Virus record (IMG/VR): IMGVR_UViG_3300036819_000112
Coordinates: 1 to 57,156 of that record
Origin: a virus
Lineage: Duplodnaviria > Caudoviricetes
Reading direction: 5' to 3' (one strand)
DNA length: 57,156 nucleotides
Part shown: piece by piece, positions 38,347 through 46,734 of the stretch
Position numbering within the stretch: position 1 is the stretch's first letter
Layout: each line of letters begins with the position of its first letter
The notes under the pieces: model-generated
What the model was told of the DNA's origin: nothing
The model's input: the letters and a program-made list of their open reading frames with translations, nothing else
The model's database searches: none
Translations under genes and position numbers: made by a program

Positions 38347-38516
38347 GCCGCCACCTGCTCCATCAAATCCAGAATCACGGGCACCCATTGGGGGATATCC
38401 TGTTCCCCCGACGCCCAGCGCCGCACCGTCCGCTCATTGGCGCCGACATATTCGGCAAAGCCCCGCTGACCGTAGTTGAGGCGGGCGAGGGCGGCGCGGA
38501 AGTCTCCGGCGGTCAT
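38343..38516 (-). CDS. Small XRE-type HTH protein
   Basis: MTAGDFRAALARL..QRGFA..VG.NERTVRRWASGE.DIP. Confidence 0.85.
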   Translation of the reverse strand: MTAGDFRAALARLNYGQRGFAEYVGANERTVRRWASGEQDIPQWVPVILDLMEQVAA

Positions 38517-38626
38517 GGAAGCGCCCCGAGAAATCGGTCGGTCATCATGTCGTGGCTGGCCAGCGCGGCGTCGATTTGAGCCATCTTCAGTCTCAGGTCG
38601 AAGTCGGCCGGGGTGGTGGCGCTCAT
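38513..38626 (-). CDS. 37-aa hypothetical protein (absent from ORF track)
   Basis: MSATTPADFDLRLKMAQIDAALASHDMMTDRFLGALP; ATGA overlaps on both sides. Confidence 0.55.
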   Translation of the reverse strand: MSATTPADFDLRLKMAQIDAALASHDMMTDRFLGALP

Positions 38627-38841
38627 CGGTCGCGCATCCTGCGCATTTCTTCCTCCAGCTTGGTGATGCGGTTCTCGCTATCGAACCACCGGCGACCACT
38701 TATGAGCGCGTCACCAACAAGAAACTCTTTGGTATTTACGAAGTCGCGTTCCAGCGAACCAAGCCGATCGAGCACATGTTCGAACTGGTCGTTGATGCGG
38801 ACCATCATGCCGTCGAGGTAGTTGCGCAGTTCTTCGTCCAT
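38623..38841 (-). CDS. Small coiled-coil protein
   Basis: MDEELRNYLDGMM...RITKLEEE. Confidence 0.7.
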   Translation of the reverse strand: MDEELRNYLDGMMVRINDQFEHVLDRLGSLERDFVNTKEFLVGDALISGRRWFDSENRITKLEEEMRRMRDR

Positions 38842-38976
38842 CTGAGGGTCTTCCGTATCGCCGGTGCGCACGATTGCCCCTGCCGATATCCGCAATATAG
38901 GGCATTTTGCCCGGTTCGGCAACATTTACTTCCGTGGGAACAACAAAATGATCCTCAAGGACCGGGCGCCAGAAGC

Positions 38977-39372
38977 ATGATCGATTTCACCCCCATCGCC
39001 GTCTCCGTAGTCGGCGCGCTGATCACCATCGTCAACGCCGTGTTCCTGGCCTGGCTTCAGTCGCACCTGAAGGACGAAGCCGCGAAAGCGACGATCTCGA
39101 ACGCCATGACCAACGCCCTCGGAGCGGTCAAGCAGGCAGCCGACGCCGGGTTAGCCGCCCATCCCTTGCAGGTCTCAATGCCGGGTATTTCCCCCACGAC
39201 AGCGGCCGGCGTGCAGTATGTGCTGAACAACGCCGGGCCTGAACTGCGACGGTTCTCGGACATCACGCCGGAGACGATCGCGGAGAAGGTGGAAGCCAGG
39301 CTTGGCCTACAGTCCCTGGCTCAAGCCGCGCAACCCGTGATCGTCGTGCCCGGTGGGTCGCCACCAGCGTGA
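38977..39372 (+). CDS. Holin-like membrane protein
   Basis: N-terminal TM; GVQYVLNNAGPEL...IAEKVEARL. Confidence 0.65.
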   Translation: MIDFTPIAVSVVGALITIVNAVFLAWLQSHLKDEAAKATISNAMTNALGAVKQAADAGLAAHPLQVSMPGISPTTAAGVQYVLNNAGPELRRFSDITPETIAEKVEARLGLQSLAQAAQPVIVVPGGSPPA

Positions 39373-39566
39373 GATTCTACCGGACCCTGTGCGCGATCAA
39401 TTACCCGACCGTGATTTCGATGCTGTGGTTGATCGGCGGGTTCCTCGCCTGGATGGGCGGACTTGTTGCCCTTTGGAGCCGGGTCGACATCGGCCTTGGC
39501 ATGGTCGCTGCCGGCGCGGTGCTGATCGCGATCCCCTTCGTTCTTCAACCGTGGAGCAAATCATGA
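39369..39566 (+). CDS. Small two-TM membrane protein
   Basis: Two hydrophobic segments; coupled. Confidence 0.6.
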   Translation: MRFYRTLCAINYPTVISMLWLIGGFLAWMGGLVALWSRVDIGLGMVAAGAVLIAIPFVLQPWSKS

Positions 39567-39895
39567 CCGTCGATCACGCCCGCCGTGCCGCCTCGTATGG
39601 CTTTACCGCCGCGATCTGGGCAGCCCTCGCTCTATGGCTCGCTGCATGTTCGCCCGCTCAACAGACCAAGGCCGTGGTGGATGGCCAGATGTTCTGCGCG
39701 AAAGCCACGGCGACCGGCCCGCTGGTTGTGGCGATCGCCGATGCATCAGGCGTGCCGGTCTCGGTCATCGGCATGACGTCGGCGGCGGTCCAGGGCGTCT
39801 GTGCGACGATTGCCGCCATTCCGGTCACGCCGCCAGTTGACCCTGGTGCTGCACCTGTGGTGGCTGTGGTGGTGCCTCCTGTCGCGCTGAAGTAG
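39563..39895 (+). CDS. Lipoprotein
   Basis: Lipobox LAAC; Pro-rich C-terminus. Confidence 0.7.
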   Translation: MTVDHARRAASYGFTAAIWAALALWLAACSPAQQTKAVVDGQMFCAKATATGPLVVAIADASGVPVSVIGMTSAAVQGVCATIAAIPVTPPVDPGAAPVVAVVVPPVALK

Positions 39896-39906
39896 GGAGC
39901 GAGCCG

Positions 39907-40068
39907 ATGGGCCTCATACTGCTGCTGGTGATCCTGTTCCTGCTGTGCGGCGGGGGCGGATATTATGGCTACGGCCGGTACGGCAACGTGGGCGTCGTCG
40001 TCCCGCTGATATTGCTGATCGTCGTGCTGTTCTGGCTGTTCGGCGCCGACGGGTACTCTCGCTTCTGA
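39907..40068 (+). CDS. DUF3309-like small membrane protein (absent from ORF track)
   Basis: MGLILLLVILFLLCGGGGYYGYGRYG..LILLIVVLFWLFG. Confidence 0.75.
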   Translation: MGLILLLVILFLLCGGGGYYGYGRYGNVGVVVPLILLIVVLFWLFGADGYSRF

Positions 40069-40119
40069 ATCCAGGACGCGCTACTGATCGGGCGCGACGC
40101 CAGACGCAGGACTGCAAAG

Positions 40120-40157
40120 CGCCGGTCACCTTTCGAGAGGGGGTGGCCGGCGTTTTT
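40120..40157 (+). terminator. Intrinsic terminator of the late operon
   Basis: CGCCGGTCACC...GGTGGCCGGCG stem followed by TTTTT. Confidence 0.8.
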
Positions 40158-40173
40158 GCGTCTGCACCAGGAT

Positions 40174-40317
40174 TTTTATGGCCTATGGGCGTTGTTTTTG
40201 ACGCAGGGGGAAAAGCAAGCAACCGGCCTCTCGATTGCACTGCTGCATCCGACAGGTTCAGGCCCCATCACGCTGGCTTTTCCCACTGCCCCTCTACAAC
40301 GCCCATAGGCCATAAAA
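40174..40317. repeat. Long inverted repeat element
   Basis: TTTTATGGCCTATGGGCGTTGT (40174-40195) and exact reverse complement (40296-40317), extended by imperfect inner arms. Confidence 0.9.
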
Positions 40318-40324
40318 GCCTATC

Positions 40325-40741
40325 TTATGCTGCCTGCTTCGCCATGAACCGAGCAATCCACCAATCCCGGCCCTTCGCCGGCCTTGGCTGGCGTGCGGGC
40401 TTGACCGATTCCTGGGCACGGGTGGCGACGATCGATGGCAACGGGGCGGGAGGAGCGCGTCGGATGGGTTGCGCCGGGGCTGGAATGGCCTCGGCTATCC
40501 CTTGGGCTTTCATCAAGCGCCGGCCGCAGCGCTCCAGATCGTCGGCATGGATCTCGAGGCGATCGGCGATATCGATCCGCGCCTGGCGCCATTCACCGCC
40601 GGACGTGAAAAACGCAACGGCGTCGGCATGCTCGAGCGAATCGCGGCCGCTGGAGAGATCGTCGATCGCCTGCTGGACGACCGCGATCCATAGGGCGCGC
40701 TCGCCTTGGCCTCGTTGTGATCTCGTGTCGTGCTGGGACAT
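40325..40741 (-). CDS. Hypothetical phage protein
   Basis: ERALWIAVVQQAIDD...AVAFF globular N-half. Confidence 0.7.
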   Translation of the reverse strand: MSQHDTRSQRGQGERALWIAVVQQAIDDLSSGRDSLEHADAVAFFTSGGEWRQARIDIADRLEIHADDLERCGRRLMKAQGIAEAIPAPAQPIRRAPPAPLPSIVATRAQESVKPARQPRPAKGRDWWIARFMAKQAA

Positions 40742-40899
40742 GGCGGGGATGTAGCAGGGCGCCGCCCGAATGTCATCACGGAACCGTGATACCGGCCTGG
40801 GAGATTTCGAGAGGTGCTGCGTGCCTCGCAATAAATAGTTTACCCGGGCATCGGCTTGGGCGCAGAGGTGTGCCTGACGTTTCCCCCAACCTGTCTTTC

Positions 40900-40932
40900 G
40901 CCCGGCCGCAGAAATGCGCGCTGGGCTTTTTT
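40900..40932 (+). terminator. Intrinsic terminator/attenuator
   Basis: GCCCGGCCGCA-GAAA-TGCGCGCTGGGC-TTTTTT. Confidence 0.7.
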
Positions 40933-41005
40933 ATGCTCAGGTGTTGGTGTTGGTTGGCCGGCCTGAAGGGTGCCTTGCGGCGGGCAGCAGAAGGGAAAGC
41001 CAGCG

Positions 41006-41230
41006 ATGCAAAATTCTGAGACGAGCGTCGCCGCGACGCTGGAAGCATCCGTCCTGGCGGCGGTGCCGTTCAGCACATGCCGGTCCACGCCAATGCCGTT
41101 TGCCGCAACCGCTGACGCTCTGTTCCGGCGCGGCGTGATGACCCGCAAATGGATCGGGGAGCCGGGAATATACACGGGCTGGGAATACGACATGGCAGAC
41201 CCCAGAAGGGAGGCCGTCAGTGGCAAGTGA
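41006..41230 (+). CDS. Hypothetical protein
   Basis: RBS AAGGGA; coupled downstream. Confidence 0.55.
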   Translation: MQNSETSVAATLEASVLAAVPFSTCRSTPMPFAATADALFRRGVMTRKWIGEPGIYTGWEYDMADPRREAVSGK

Positions 41231-41411
41231 CCGATCCCAAACCACCCGGCCGCTCGGAGATGGCTGGCTGTGTTCCGGCGGTCTATGGATCGTTGATACG
41301 CAACGGCGCTGTCCGGTTTGCGGAGCGTGGCGCGGCGGGTGCTTGCGTGATCCAGACATGGTCGATGTCGATGCAGAGCGAGCAAAATGGGAGGCGGCAA
41401 ACGGTGAATGA
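41220..41411 (+). CDS. Small Zn-finger-like protein
   Basis: CPVC...C; RBS GGAGG. Confidence 0.5.
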   Translation: MASDRSQTTRPLGDGWLCSGGLWIVDTQRRCPVCGAWRGGCLRDPDMVDVDAERAKWEAANGE

Positions 41412-41662
41412 TCCGCAGCAGACAACCAATCTCTGGCTTTTATGGATTACGCTCGCGCCGTTCGTCGCGCTCGGGATCTGGGGTCTATACCAGACTTGGA
41501 AGGAATTCCGATGAAATCTCCGACGACCGAGGACTATGCAAGGAATCCTTGCGGACTGTGCGGGCGATCGTCCTCCGGGATCGGCTGACCAGATGACCGG
41601 CGACCCTCAGACGCCGCCCGCGCCCATTCGGTGACGATGGAGGCAAGCAACATTGCCGGCAC

Positions 41663-41920
41663 TCAGCCATCGTGACCAACACCAGTTTGATGCGTTGCAT
41701 CCGCTCGCCTCGCATCTCGCTTCATCTCGCGCAACAGTCCCAACAGCGCGCGCATCTCACCCGATACGCGGGCGTCCCCAGATACCATGCGCTGGATCGA
41801 GCGGAGGATATTCTTCTCGTCCCGATCGTCGCCGAGTTGCTTCATGCGCCGCGCCAGGCTGCTTTGGTTGAGGCCAAGGCTGGCAATCTGGGCTCGGAGT
41901 TCGCTATATTGCTGGCTCAT
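41663..41920 (-). CDS. HTH DNA-binding protein
   Basis: LRAQIASLGLNQSSLARRM...RSIQRMVSGDARVSGEM; RBS GGAG. Confidence 0.8.
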   Translation of the reverse strand: MSQQYSELRAQIASLGLNQSSLARRMKQLGDDRDEKNILRSIQRMVSGDARVSGEMRALLGLLREMKRDARRADATHQTGVGHDG

Positions 41921-41948
41921 ATTCAACTCCGCTCTGGGTTGTGGCATA

Positions 41949-41990
41949 AGGCCAGAAGGCAGGGGCCTTGCGACCCCTGCCCTCCGGCCT
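41949..41990 (-). other. 19-bp RNA hairpin with GCAA tetraloop
   Basis: AGGCCGGAGGGCAGGGGUC-GCAA-GGCCCCUGCCUUCUGGCCU pairs fully (with G-U) only on the minus strand. Confidence 0.8.
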
Positions 41991-41992
41991 GG

Positions 41993-42067
41993 TTAGAAGC
42001 GGATCGCGATTGAACCCTTGATCCGCCTCTTTCCCCACCGGAAGTCCCAGGCGATGCGAATTTGCAT
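41993..42067 (-). CDS. 24-aa basic/aromatic peptide (absent from ORF track)
   Basis: MQIRIAWDFRWGKRRIKGSIAIRF; RBS GGAGGA 6 nt upstream. Confidence 0.7.
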   Translation of the reverse strand: MQIRIAWDFRWGKRRIKGSIAIRF

Positions 42068-42116
42068 CCGGGTTCCTCCGCTGACCCTCGACCTGATTGC
42101 CGAAGGCACAGTCTAG

Positions 42117-42135
42117 ATACGTCAATATGACGTAT
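42117..42135. promoter_or_regulatory. Near-palindromic operator of the peptide-HTH cassette
   Basis: ATACGTCA-ata-TGACGTAT. Confidence 0.65.
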
Positions 42136-42285
42136 AACGCAAGTGGAATAATGAGGCGATTCGGCCCAGCCGCAGCGATGCGGGTCCGGGATTTCCTGCG
42201 TCCGACGGGTGGTTACCCCACGTCTGACATTGGGCGTGACAGACCTCTAATTTAGGCTAGAATCCTCGCAAAATCAGAGACAGAC

Positions 42286-42723
42286 ATGTCAGACGAGACG
42301 GCAGACGATCGGTGGACCGTGCGCGGTGTGCCGAAGGCATACCGGGATCGTGCGGTGGAGGCGGCCGGCCGGCGAAAGCTCCCGATCGGGGCGTATGTAT
42401 GCCAGGCGCTTGATCGGGAGATTCGCGCCGAGCGCGAGCCGTTGGAGGTGATCAGCCCCCGTTCGGCGGCAGACAAATCGTCAGACTCGGCAGACAAGAT
42501 GTCCGACGCGATGGCCTGTGTCATGGTGGCCGAGCGCGCGATCGCCGCTGCGATCGCATTAGCAGGGGCAGCGGATGTGCCCACCACGTTCCGCCGGCGC
42601 GCGAACCGGCTGTTGCGGGAAAGCCTGCCTCCTCGGGTGACGAAGCGGACGCCCCCGCTCCTTACCGATGACGCGGCCCGACCAATGGGCAACGGCGCGC
42701 ACGGCGAGGCGGCGCACGACTGA
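42286..42723 (+). CDS. Ribbon-helix-helix-like protein
   Basis: WTVRGVPKAYRDRAVEAAGRRKLPIGAYVCQAL. Confidence 0.7.
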   Translation: MSDETADDRWTVRGVPKAYRDRAVEAAGRRKLPIGAYVCQALDREIRAEREPLEVISPRSAADKSSDSADKMSDAMACVMVAERAIAAAIALAGAADVPTTFRRRANRLLRESLPPRVTKRTPPLLTDDAARPMGNGAHGEAAHD

Positions 42724-42803
42724 TGGGCGCCGGCCAACTGATGCGAGGGGAGATCGCGGGGTCAAGCGCGATGGGGTCTCTCACCGCTTGGTCGTCTGGT
42801 CTG

Positions 42804-43079
42804 TCATGGCGCTGACTCCACAGCGACCTGAAAGGTATATCCGTCGATCAGAGACATAATGGCTTGCCGCAATTCTCGGGCGATCTCTGGACCACCGGAA
42901 GCAATCGACTGACCGAGCACCTGAGCACACGCCACTATGACGTCAGCCGGGTTCGCCCTCATCACCTTCGTCTCGGCGTCGATCGCCGCAATGACGCACA
43001 TGACGCCGCGATCTGATGATACATCCGTGACCAGCTGCGCCCAATGCTGCGCGTATGGCGTCGTCTGATCTTGGCTCAC
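42804..43079 (-). CDS. Hypothetical protein
   Basis: GTG start coupled to the upstream stop. Confidence 0.6.
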   Translation of the reverse strand: MSQDQTTPYAQHWAQLVTDVSSDRGVMCVIAAIDAETKVMRANPADVIVACAQVLGQSIASGGPEIARELRQAIMSLIDGYTFQVAVESAP

Positions 43080-43297
43080 TGTTGATTCCCCTCTTCCTCT
43101 TCCATGTCGTCGGCGATCTCATCGAGTGACCGCGTGTCACCAGCGGGCACGTAGTACGGCCGGCAGGGGCACGTCGGGCTGCTGTCGCCTCGGGTATGGG
43201 GGAACTCGTCACCTAGCCAGCGGTGCACCCACGCAGCAGCGCCGGGTTCCCTTGGGAAAAGGATGGTAAAGCGCCCGGATGCGTTGTCCCCGCTCAT
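43076..43297 (-). CDS. Hypothetical protein
   Basis: H...CPCRP motif; start uncertain. Confidence 0.5.
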   Translation of the reverse strand: MSGDNASGRFTILFPREPGAAAWVHRWLGDEFPHTRGDSSPTCPCRPYYVPAGDTRSLDEIADDMEEEEGNQQ

Positions 43298-43322
43298 CTG
43301 CGCCCCAGCGCGCGGCAGGGGG

Positions 43323-43622
43323 TCATCCGTGTGCCGCTCCACAGACGAACTCAAGCACCCACTGCGTGCCCCCATTCTCGAAATATCGCCGGTGGAGATC
43401 GGAGACAATAAATCCAGCTTCCGATACAATCTTGCGGGCACGTGGTCCTTCTTGGTCATCGCCCTCAAATAACACAGTCGGCCGCAGATAGCCGTGCCCC
43501 CATCCATAGCCACCCCCCTGGCACGATCCAACCGTCACGACACCCGCGATTTGCAGAATACGCACGACCCCTCGAATGCCTTCGTCCATGTTCTCCAGGT
43601 CGTTGCTTTCGATTTCGGTCAT
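43323..43622 (-). CDS. Hypothetical protein
   Basis: MDEGIRGVVRIL...TVGSCQGG. Confidence 0.65.
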   Translation of the reverse strand: MTEIESNDLENMDEGIRGVVRILQIAGVVTVGSCQGGGYGWGHGYLRPTVLFEGDDQEGPRARKIVSEAGFIVSDLHRRYFENGGTQWVLEFVCGAAHG

Positions 43623-43699
43623 ACTGTTCTCGTGCCTCGGGCGTGTCTGAGGTGCAATTTTGCCAATATGTGCGCCGGCTTCTGATCGTCTGGCTATCG

Positions 43700-43845
43700 G
43701 TCATGGCGTCCGCGCAAGCGAACTAAATGGCGATACGTGACGGCGTCACGGAACCTCCGAGGCGCAGCATTTTCCGGTTTGTCGCCTGGAAACCCTAGAG
43801 GAACGCCACATCTCACTTTCTCTGCTGACAGATTACAGCCGCTCA
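43700..43845. other. Probable attP region
   Basis: Non-coding gap downstream of the integrase with short dyads (CGTGAC-ggc-GTCACG; GCTG-N8-CAGC); core not identified. Confidence 0.35.
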
Positions 43846-44877
43846 ATCCGCTGGTTTCAGCGCCTTTTTTGTATTTCCTGTCCATCGCAAAACCGCCGCC
43901 TCTGCTAGCCGTTCCTGATCGGTCCCGGCAGTATAGAGTTGCAACATCGCAAGACTCCTGTGCCCGGTGATCGCGCCAATCTCGTGAAGTGTACAGCCGC
44001 ACTGCGCGAGATTGATCGCGGCTAGCTTTCGTAGTCCATGGATGTTCCGATGCGGCGGAAAGCCCTCCAACTTTGCCAGGGCATCACCCAATTGCCGGGA
44101 CAGGTTCGTGACTTGCCACGGCCTGTCGAACTTGTTGACCAGGATCATCGTTGCCGCTGCCTCGGCTCGCCATGCATCCAGTTCTGCCTTCAGCGCAGGA
44201 TGGACGGGTATCACTAACGCCGCGCCCGTCTTGCTCTGCCGGAGTCGCAGGCTTCGCCCATCATAGGCTGACCAAGGTAATCGGCACAGATCGCCCCGGC
44301 GCTGGCCGCTGTAGAGCGCCAGCACGACCGGGCGCCGCAAATGCTCCGGAAGTTGGCGCATCGCCTGTTCGGCCTCTGCGGGCGTCCAGGCGGGGAGGTG
44401 GCCGCCTTTCAGTCGCTTCATGCGCAGCGTCGGGGACATCTTTAGCCAGCCGTTTTCGACGGCCCATCCGAATAGTGCCGACGCGGTGCGCACGAAGCCT
44501 GTGGAAGCGCCGTTGCCTTTCGCTTGAGCTAGTGCGTTGCGGATGTCCGTAATCTGCTTGCGCTCAATCCGCGATGCCTGGACGTGCTCCATGCCTACCA
44601 GTGGCCGAAGGTACGTGAGGTAGTTCGCTTGGGTGCTCGGCGCGAGCGCGCGCCACTCCGGACTGCGTTCCCACGCGGCGATGAGTTCGCCCATAGTCTC
44701 GCCTTTCGAGCGGACGCGCCTCGGCTGATATGGCGGATAGCGGTAGCTTCGCGTGGTCCCGTCAGCTAGGACGCGGTGGACTACCCTTTCGGCCTTGCGC
44801 GAGGATTTTCTGGACAACGGCGGCACTCGCTGCTCTTGGATCAGTGGACGATGTTCCCCCGCTAAACGCGGCGTCAA
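43843..44877 (-). CDS. int: Phage integrase (tyrosine recombinase)
   Basis: SGQRRGD, QSKTG, HGLRK, ITGHRS..LQLY; adjacent excisionase; start uncertain. Confidence 0.92.
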   Translation of the reverse strand: MTPRLAGEHRPLIQEQRVPPLSRKSSRKAERVVHRVLADGTTRSYRYPPYQPRRVRSKGETMGELIAAWERSPEWRALAPSTQANYLTYLRPLVGMEHVQASRIERKQITDIRNALAQAKGNGASTGFVRTASALFGWAVENGWLKMSPTLRMKRLKGGHLPAWTPAEAEQAMRQLPEHLRRPVVLALYSGQRRGDLCRLPWSAYDGRSLRLRQSKTGAALVIPVHPALKAELDAWRAEAAATMILVNKFDRPWQVTNLSRQLGDALAKLEGFPPHRNIHGLRKLAAINLAQCGCTLHEIGAITGHRSLAMLQLYTAGTDQERLAEAAVLRWTGNTKKALKPAD

Positions 44878-45028
44878 GGGCGAGCCGGTCCCATCGTGGG
44901 GAGCGTACGCCGAGAGTGTGATCGGGTGCTGGAATGCGACCCTGCTTCACCAGACGGGGCAGGGCATCGACCCGCACGCTTATGTAGGCGGCGGTCGATT
45001 CGGCGTTCAGCCATCGTGCGTCACCCAT
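44762..45028 (-). CDS. Excisionase/AlpA-like protein
   Basis: WLNAESTAAYI...LVKQGRIPAP..LG.RSPRWDR..LD. Confidence 0.8.
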   Translation of the reverse strand: MGDARWLNAESTAAYISVRVDALPRLVKQGRIPAPDHTLGVRSPRWDRLALDAAFSGGTSSTDPRAASAAVVQKILAQGRKGSPPRPS

Positions 45029-45303
45029 CAGCCTCCCCTCCAAACACAAGCCGCCCTGAATCCGAAGTAATGATGCTCGACCAGGTCGAAGCGGACCTCG
45101 CACCCGCAGGCGACGCACTGCTCCATCTGCTCCGGACCCTCCCAGGCAGGCGTCGAGGCATGGCCGCGGCAGGCGCCGTGCTTGTTCCGACGGGTGATCG
45201 CGTCATCCACAAAGACACCACATCGCTTGCAGTAGCGCTGATGCAGGTCACTCTGGTTGTGGCTGATCGATGAGCAGAACGGGCAGGTGAAGGGGTCAGG
45301 CAT
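45028..45303 (-). CDS. Zn-finger protein
   Basis: CPFC...YCKRC; CVAC. Confidence 0.6.
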   Translation of the reverse strand: MPDPFTCPFCSSISHNQSDLHQRYCKRCGVFVDDAITRRNKHGACRGHASTPAWEGPEQMEQCVACGCEVRFDLVEHHYFGFRAACVWRGG

Positions 45304-45502
45304 CACGCTTCTCCGGCATCCACGCTTCGCACCAATCCATCGCAGCGCGCTCTGTCGTATGAATCGAGGTCTGGCGGTCGGAAGGTCCGGATGCCCACGC
45401 TGCAAACCCGTCGCCTTGCGACCACACTGCAAACCAAGTCTTCCGGCCGTCGGTTGACCAGATGAACGGCTCTGACCCGCCATCTTTCCATTCAAGGGCC
45501 AT
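45296..45502 (-). CDS. Trp-rich hypothetical protein
   Basis: Coupled ORF; AAMDWCE. Confidence 0.55.
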   Translation of the reverse strand: MALEWKDGGSEPFIWSTDGRKTWFAVWSQGDGFAAWASGPSDRQTSIHTTERAAMDWCEAWMPEKRDA

Positions 45503-45719
45503 CGGATGCCCTCTCAGCCGCGCGCGGGAAGCCAAGCGTCGAAAGATCCGCTGCTTTAAGACCATGCAGGGCGATGTAGTGACGCTGGACGGCCCAGGAT
45601 TGATCCCCGACGGTGACCACGACATCGGCCCCGAGCCGGTCTATCAGCTTCTGCACCGCTCGCTTGATCGAGGGGTCGGTGTAATGAAGCGGTCGGCCGC
45701 AGGCACAGAGATCAGCCAT
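45492..45719 (-). CDS. Hypothetical protein
   Basis: CACGRPLHY; coupled. Confidence 0.6.
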   Translation of the reverse strand: MADLCACGRPLHYTDPSIKRAVQKLIDRLGADVVVTVGDQSWAVQRHYIALHGLKAADLSTLGFPRAAERASDGP

Positions 45720-46002
45720 CGGACGCCGCTTTGAACGTGCGCAGCTCGATCTTCGTGATCCTGCTCACCGCGTGCTGCGATGCGCTCTGAATTCGCCGGG
45801 CCAGCGGAGCCATTGTCTCAGCAACCTCGCGTCGCGAATTGAGCAGCGGCATGTGGCGGACACCACCCAGGCCGCCGGGCGTTGGAAAGTCTGCGCTCAG
45901 CATCCCCTCTCCGCCGTCGGCGTAGTGGCCGATCCAGGTGTAGATTTCCCGGATGGGCGGGCTTGCGGGTTGGTCGACGAGGATTGCGTCAGCGTCATCC
46001 AT
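45712..46002 (-). CDS. Hypothetical protein
   Basis: Coupled ORF. Confidence 0.65.
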   Translation of the reverse strand: MDDADAILVDQPASPPIREIYTWIGHYADGGEGMLSADFPTPGGLGGVRHMPLLNSRREVAETMAPLARRIQSASQHAVSRITKIELRTFKAASDG

Positions 46003-46303
46003 CAGACGGCTCTCCTGAGGGGCTGGGCGGTTTGTAGTCGGCCGGCGGTCGCTTGAAGGTCGGCGCCTTGCCGAGCTCCGCAGCGATCCGGTCGCCCACG
46101 CTCTCGTGCAGCATCATCAACATGCGGGCGTGGTCGACGCCGAATATGCCGATGACCCTCGTGAGGCGGGGCAGGTTATCGACGATCACCTGGCGCACCA
46201 GGGCGGCGGCGGCTGCAGTGGCCACCATGTCCGAGCTGGGAACAAGCCGGGGGTCATCCGTCTCGATCTGCACCATCGCCACGATCGTGTGCTTCCTCAT
46301 CAC
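45995..46303 (-). CDS. Hypothetical protein
   Basis: Coupled ORF. Confidence 0.65.
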   Translation of the reverse strand: MMRKHTIVAMVQIETDDPRLVPSSDMVATAAAAALVRQVIVDNLPRLTRVIGIFGVDHARMLMMLHESVGDRIAAELGKAPTFKRPPADYKPPSPSGEPSDG

Positions 46304-46734
46304 AGGGCCTTTCGCTGTTCGGTTTCCGCTTCAGCTTTGGCCGTCATCAGCCGCTCCAGCTCCTGCGCCTGCTCGGCCGTCGCGATGACGAACGTCGGGC
46401 GTGGTTCCGCGCTATCGGGAAGCTCGATCTCCAGCCTGTGGAGGCGCAACAGGCCTCCCAACGTCCAATTGCAACCTCGAATCGCTCGCCGACGTTCGGC
46501 CTTTGCTGACCCATCCTTGTCGCTTGGCCAAGGTCCGACGTTGGAGAAGCGACCTTCGCAGGAAAAGGCGACAAACCGTTCGACCGTTTCTGGGTTTGCG
46601 CCGGCCGCGATGAGCGAGGCCATGGACTGAACCGTGCCGCAGATCGGGCAGACGAACGCGATATGCTTGTGATCGGAGACGCCTTGCGCTTTGAATCGGG
46701 TGTGCGCTTCGGCGAGCGTGATGCGCTCCATCAT
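46300..46734 (-). CDS. VVA0879-like phage protein
   Basis: FVCPICGTVQS...FSCEGRF...GCNWTLGGL. Confidence 0.75.
   Translation of the reverse strand: MMERITLAEAHTRFKAQGVSDHKHIAFVCPICGTVQSMASLIAAGANPETVERFVAFSCEGRFSNVGPWPSDKDGSAKAERRRAIRGCNWTLGGLLRLHRLEIELPDSAEPRPTFVIATAEQAQELERLMTAKAEAETEQRKAL

Noticed and set aside
40174-40317. Hairpin telomere (telRL) site
   Set aside because: Arms are separated by a long spacer and no protelomerase gene is recognisable
43800-43860. tRNA fragment as attP core
   Set aside because: CTGTAATCTG only loosely resembles a tRNA-Tyr anticodon arm; no T-arm or CCA end
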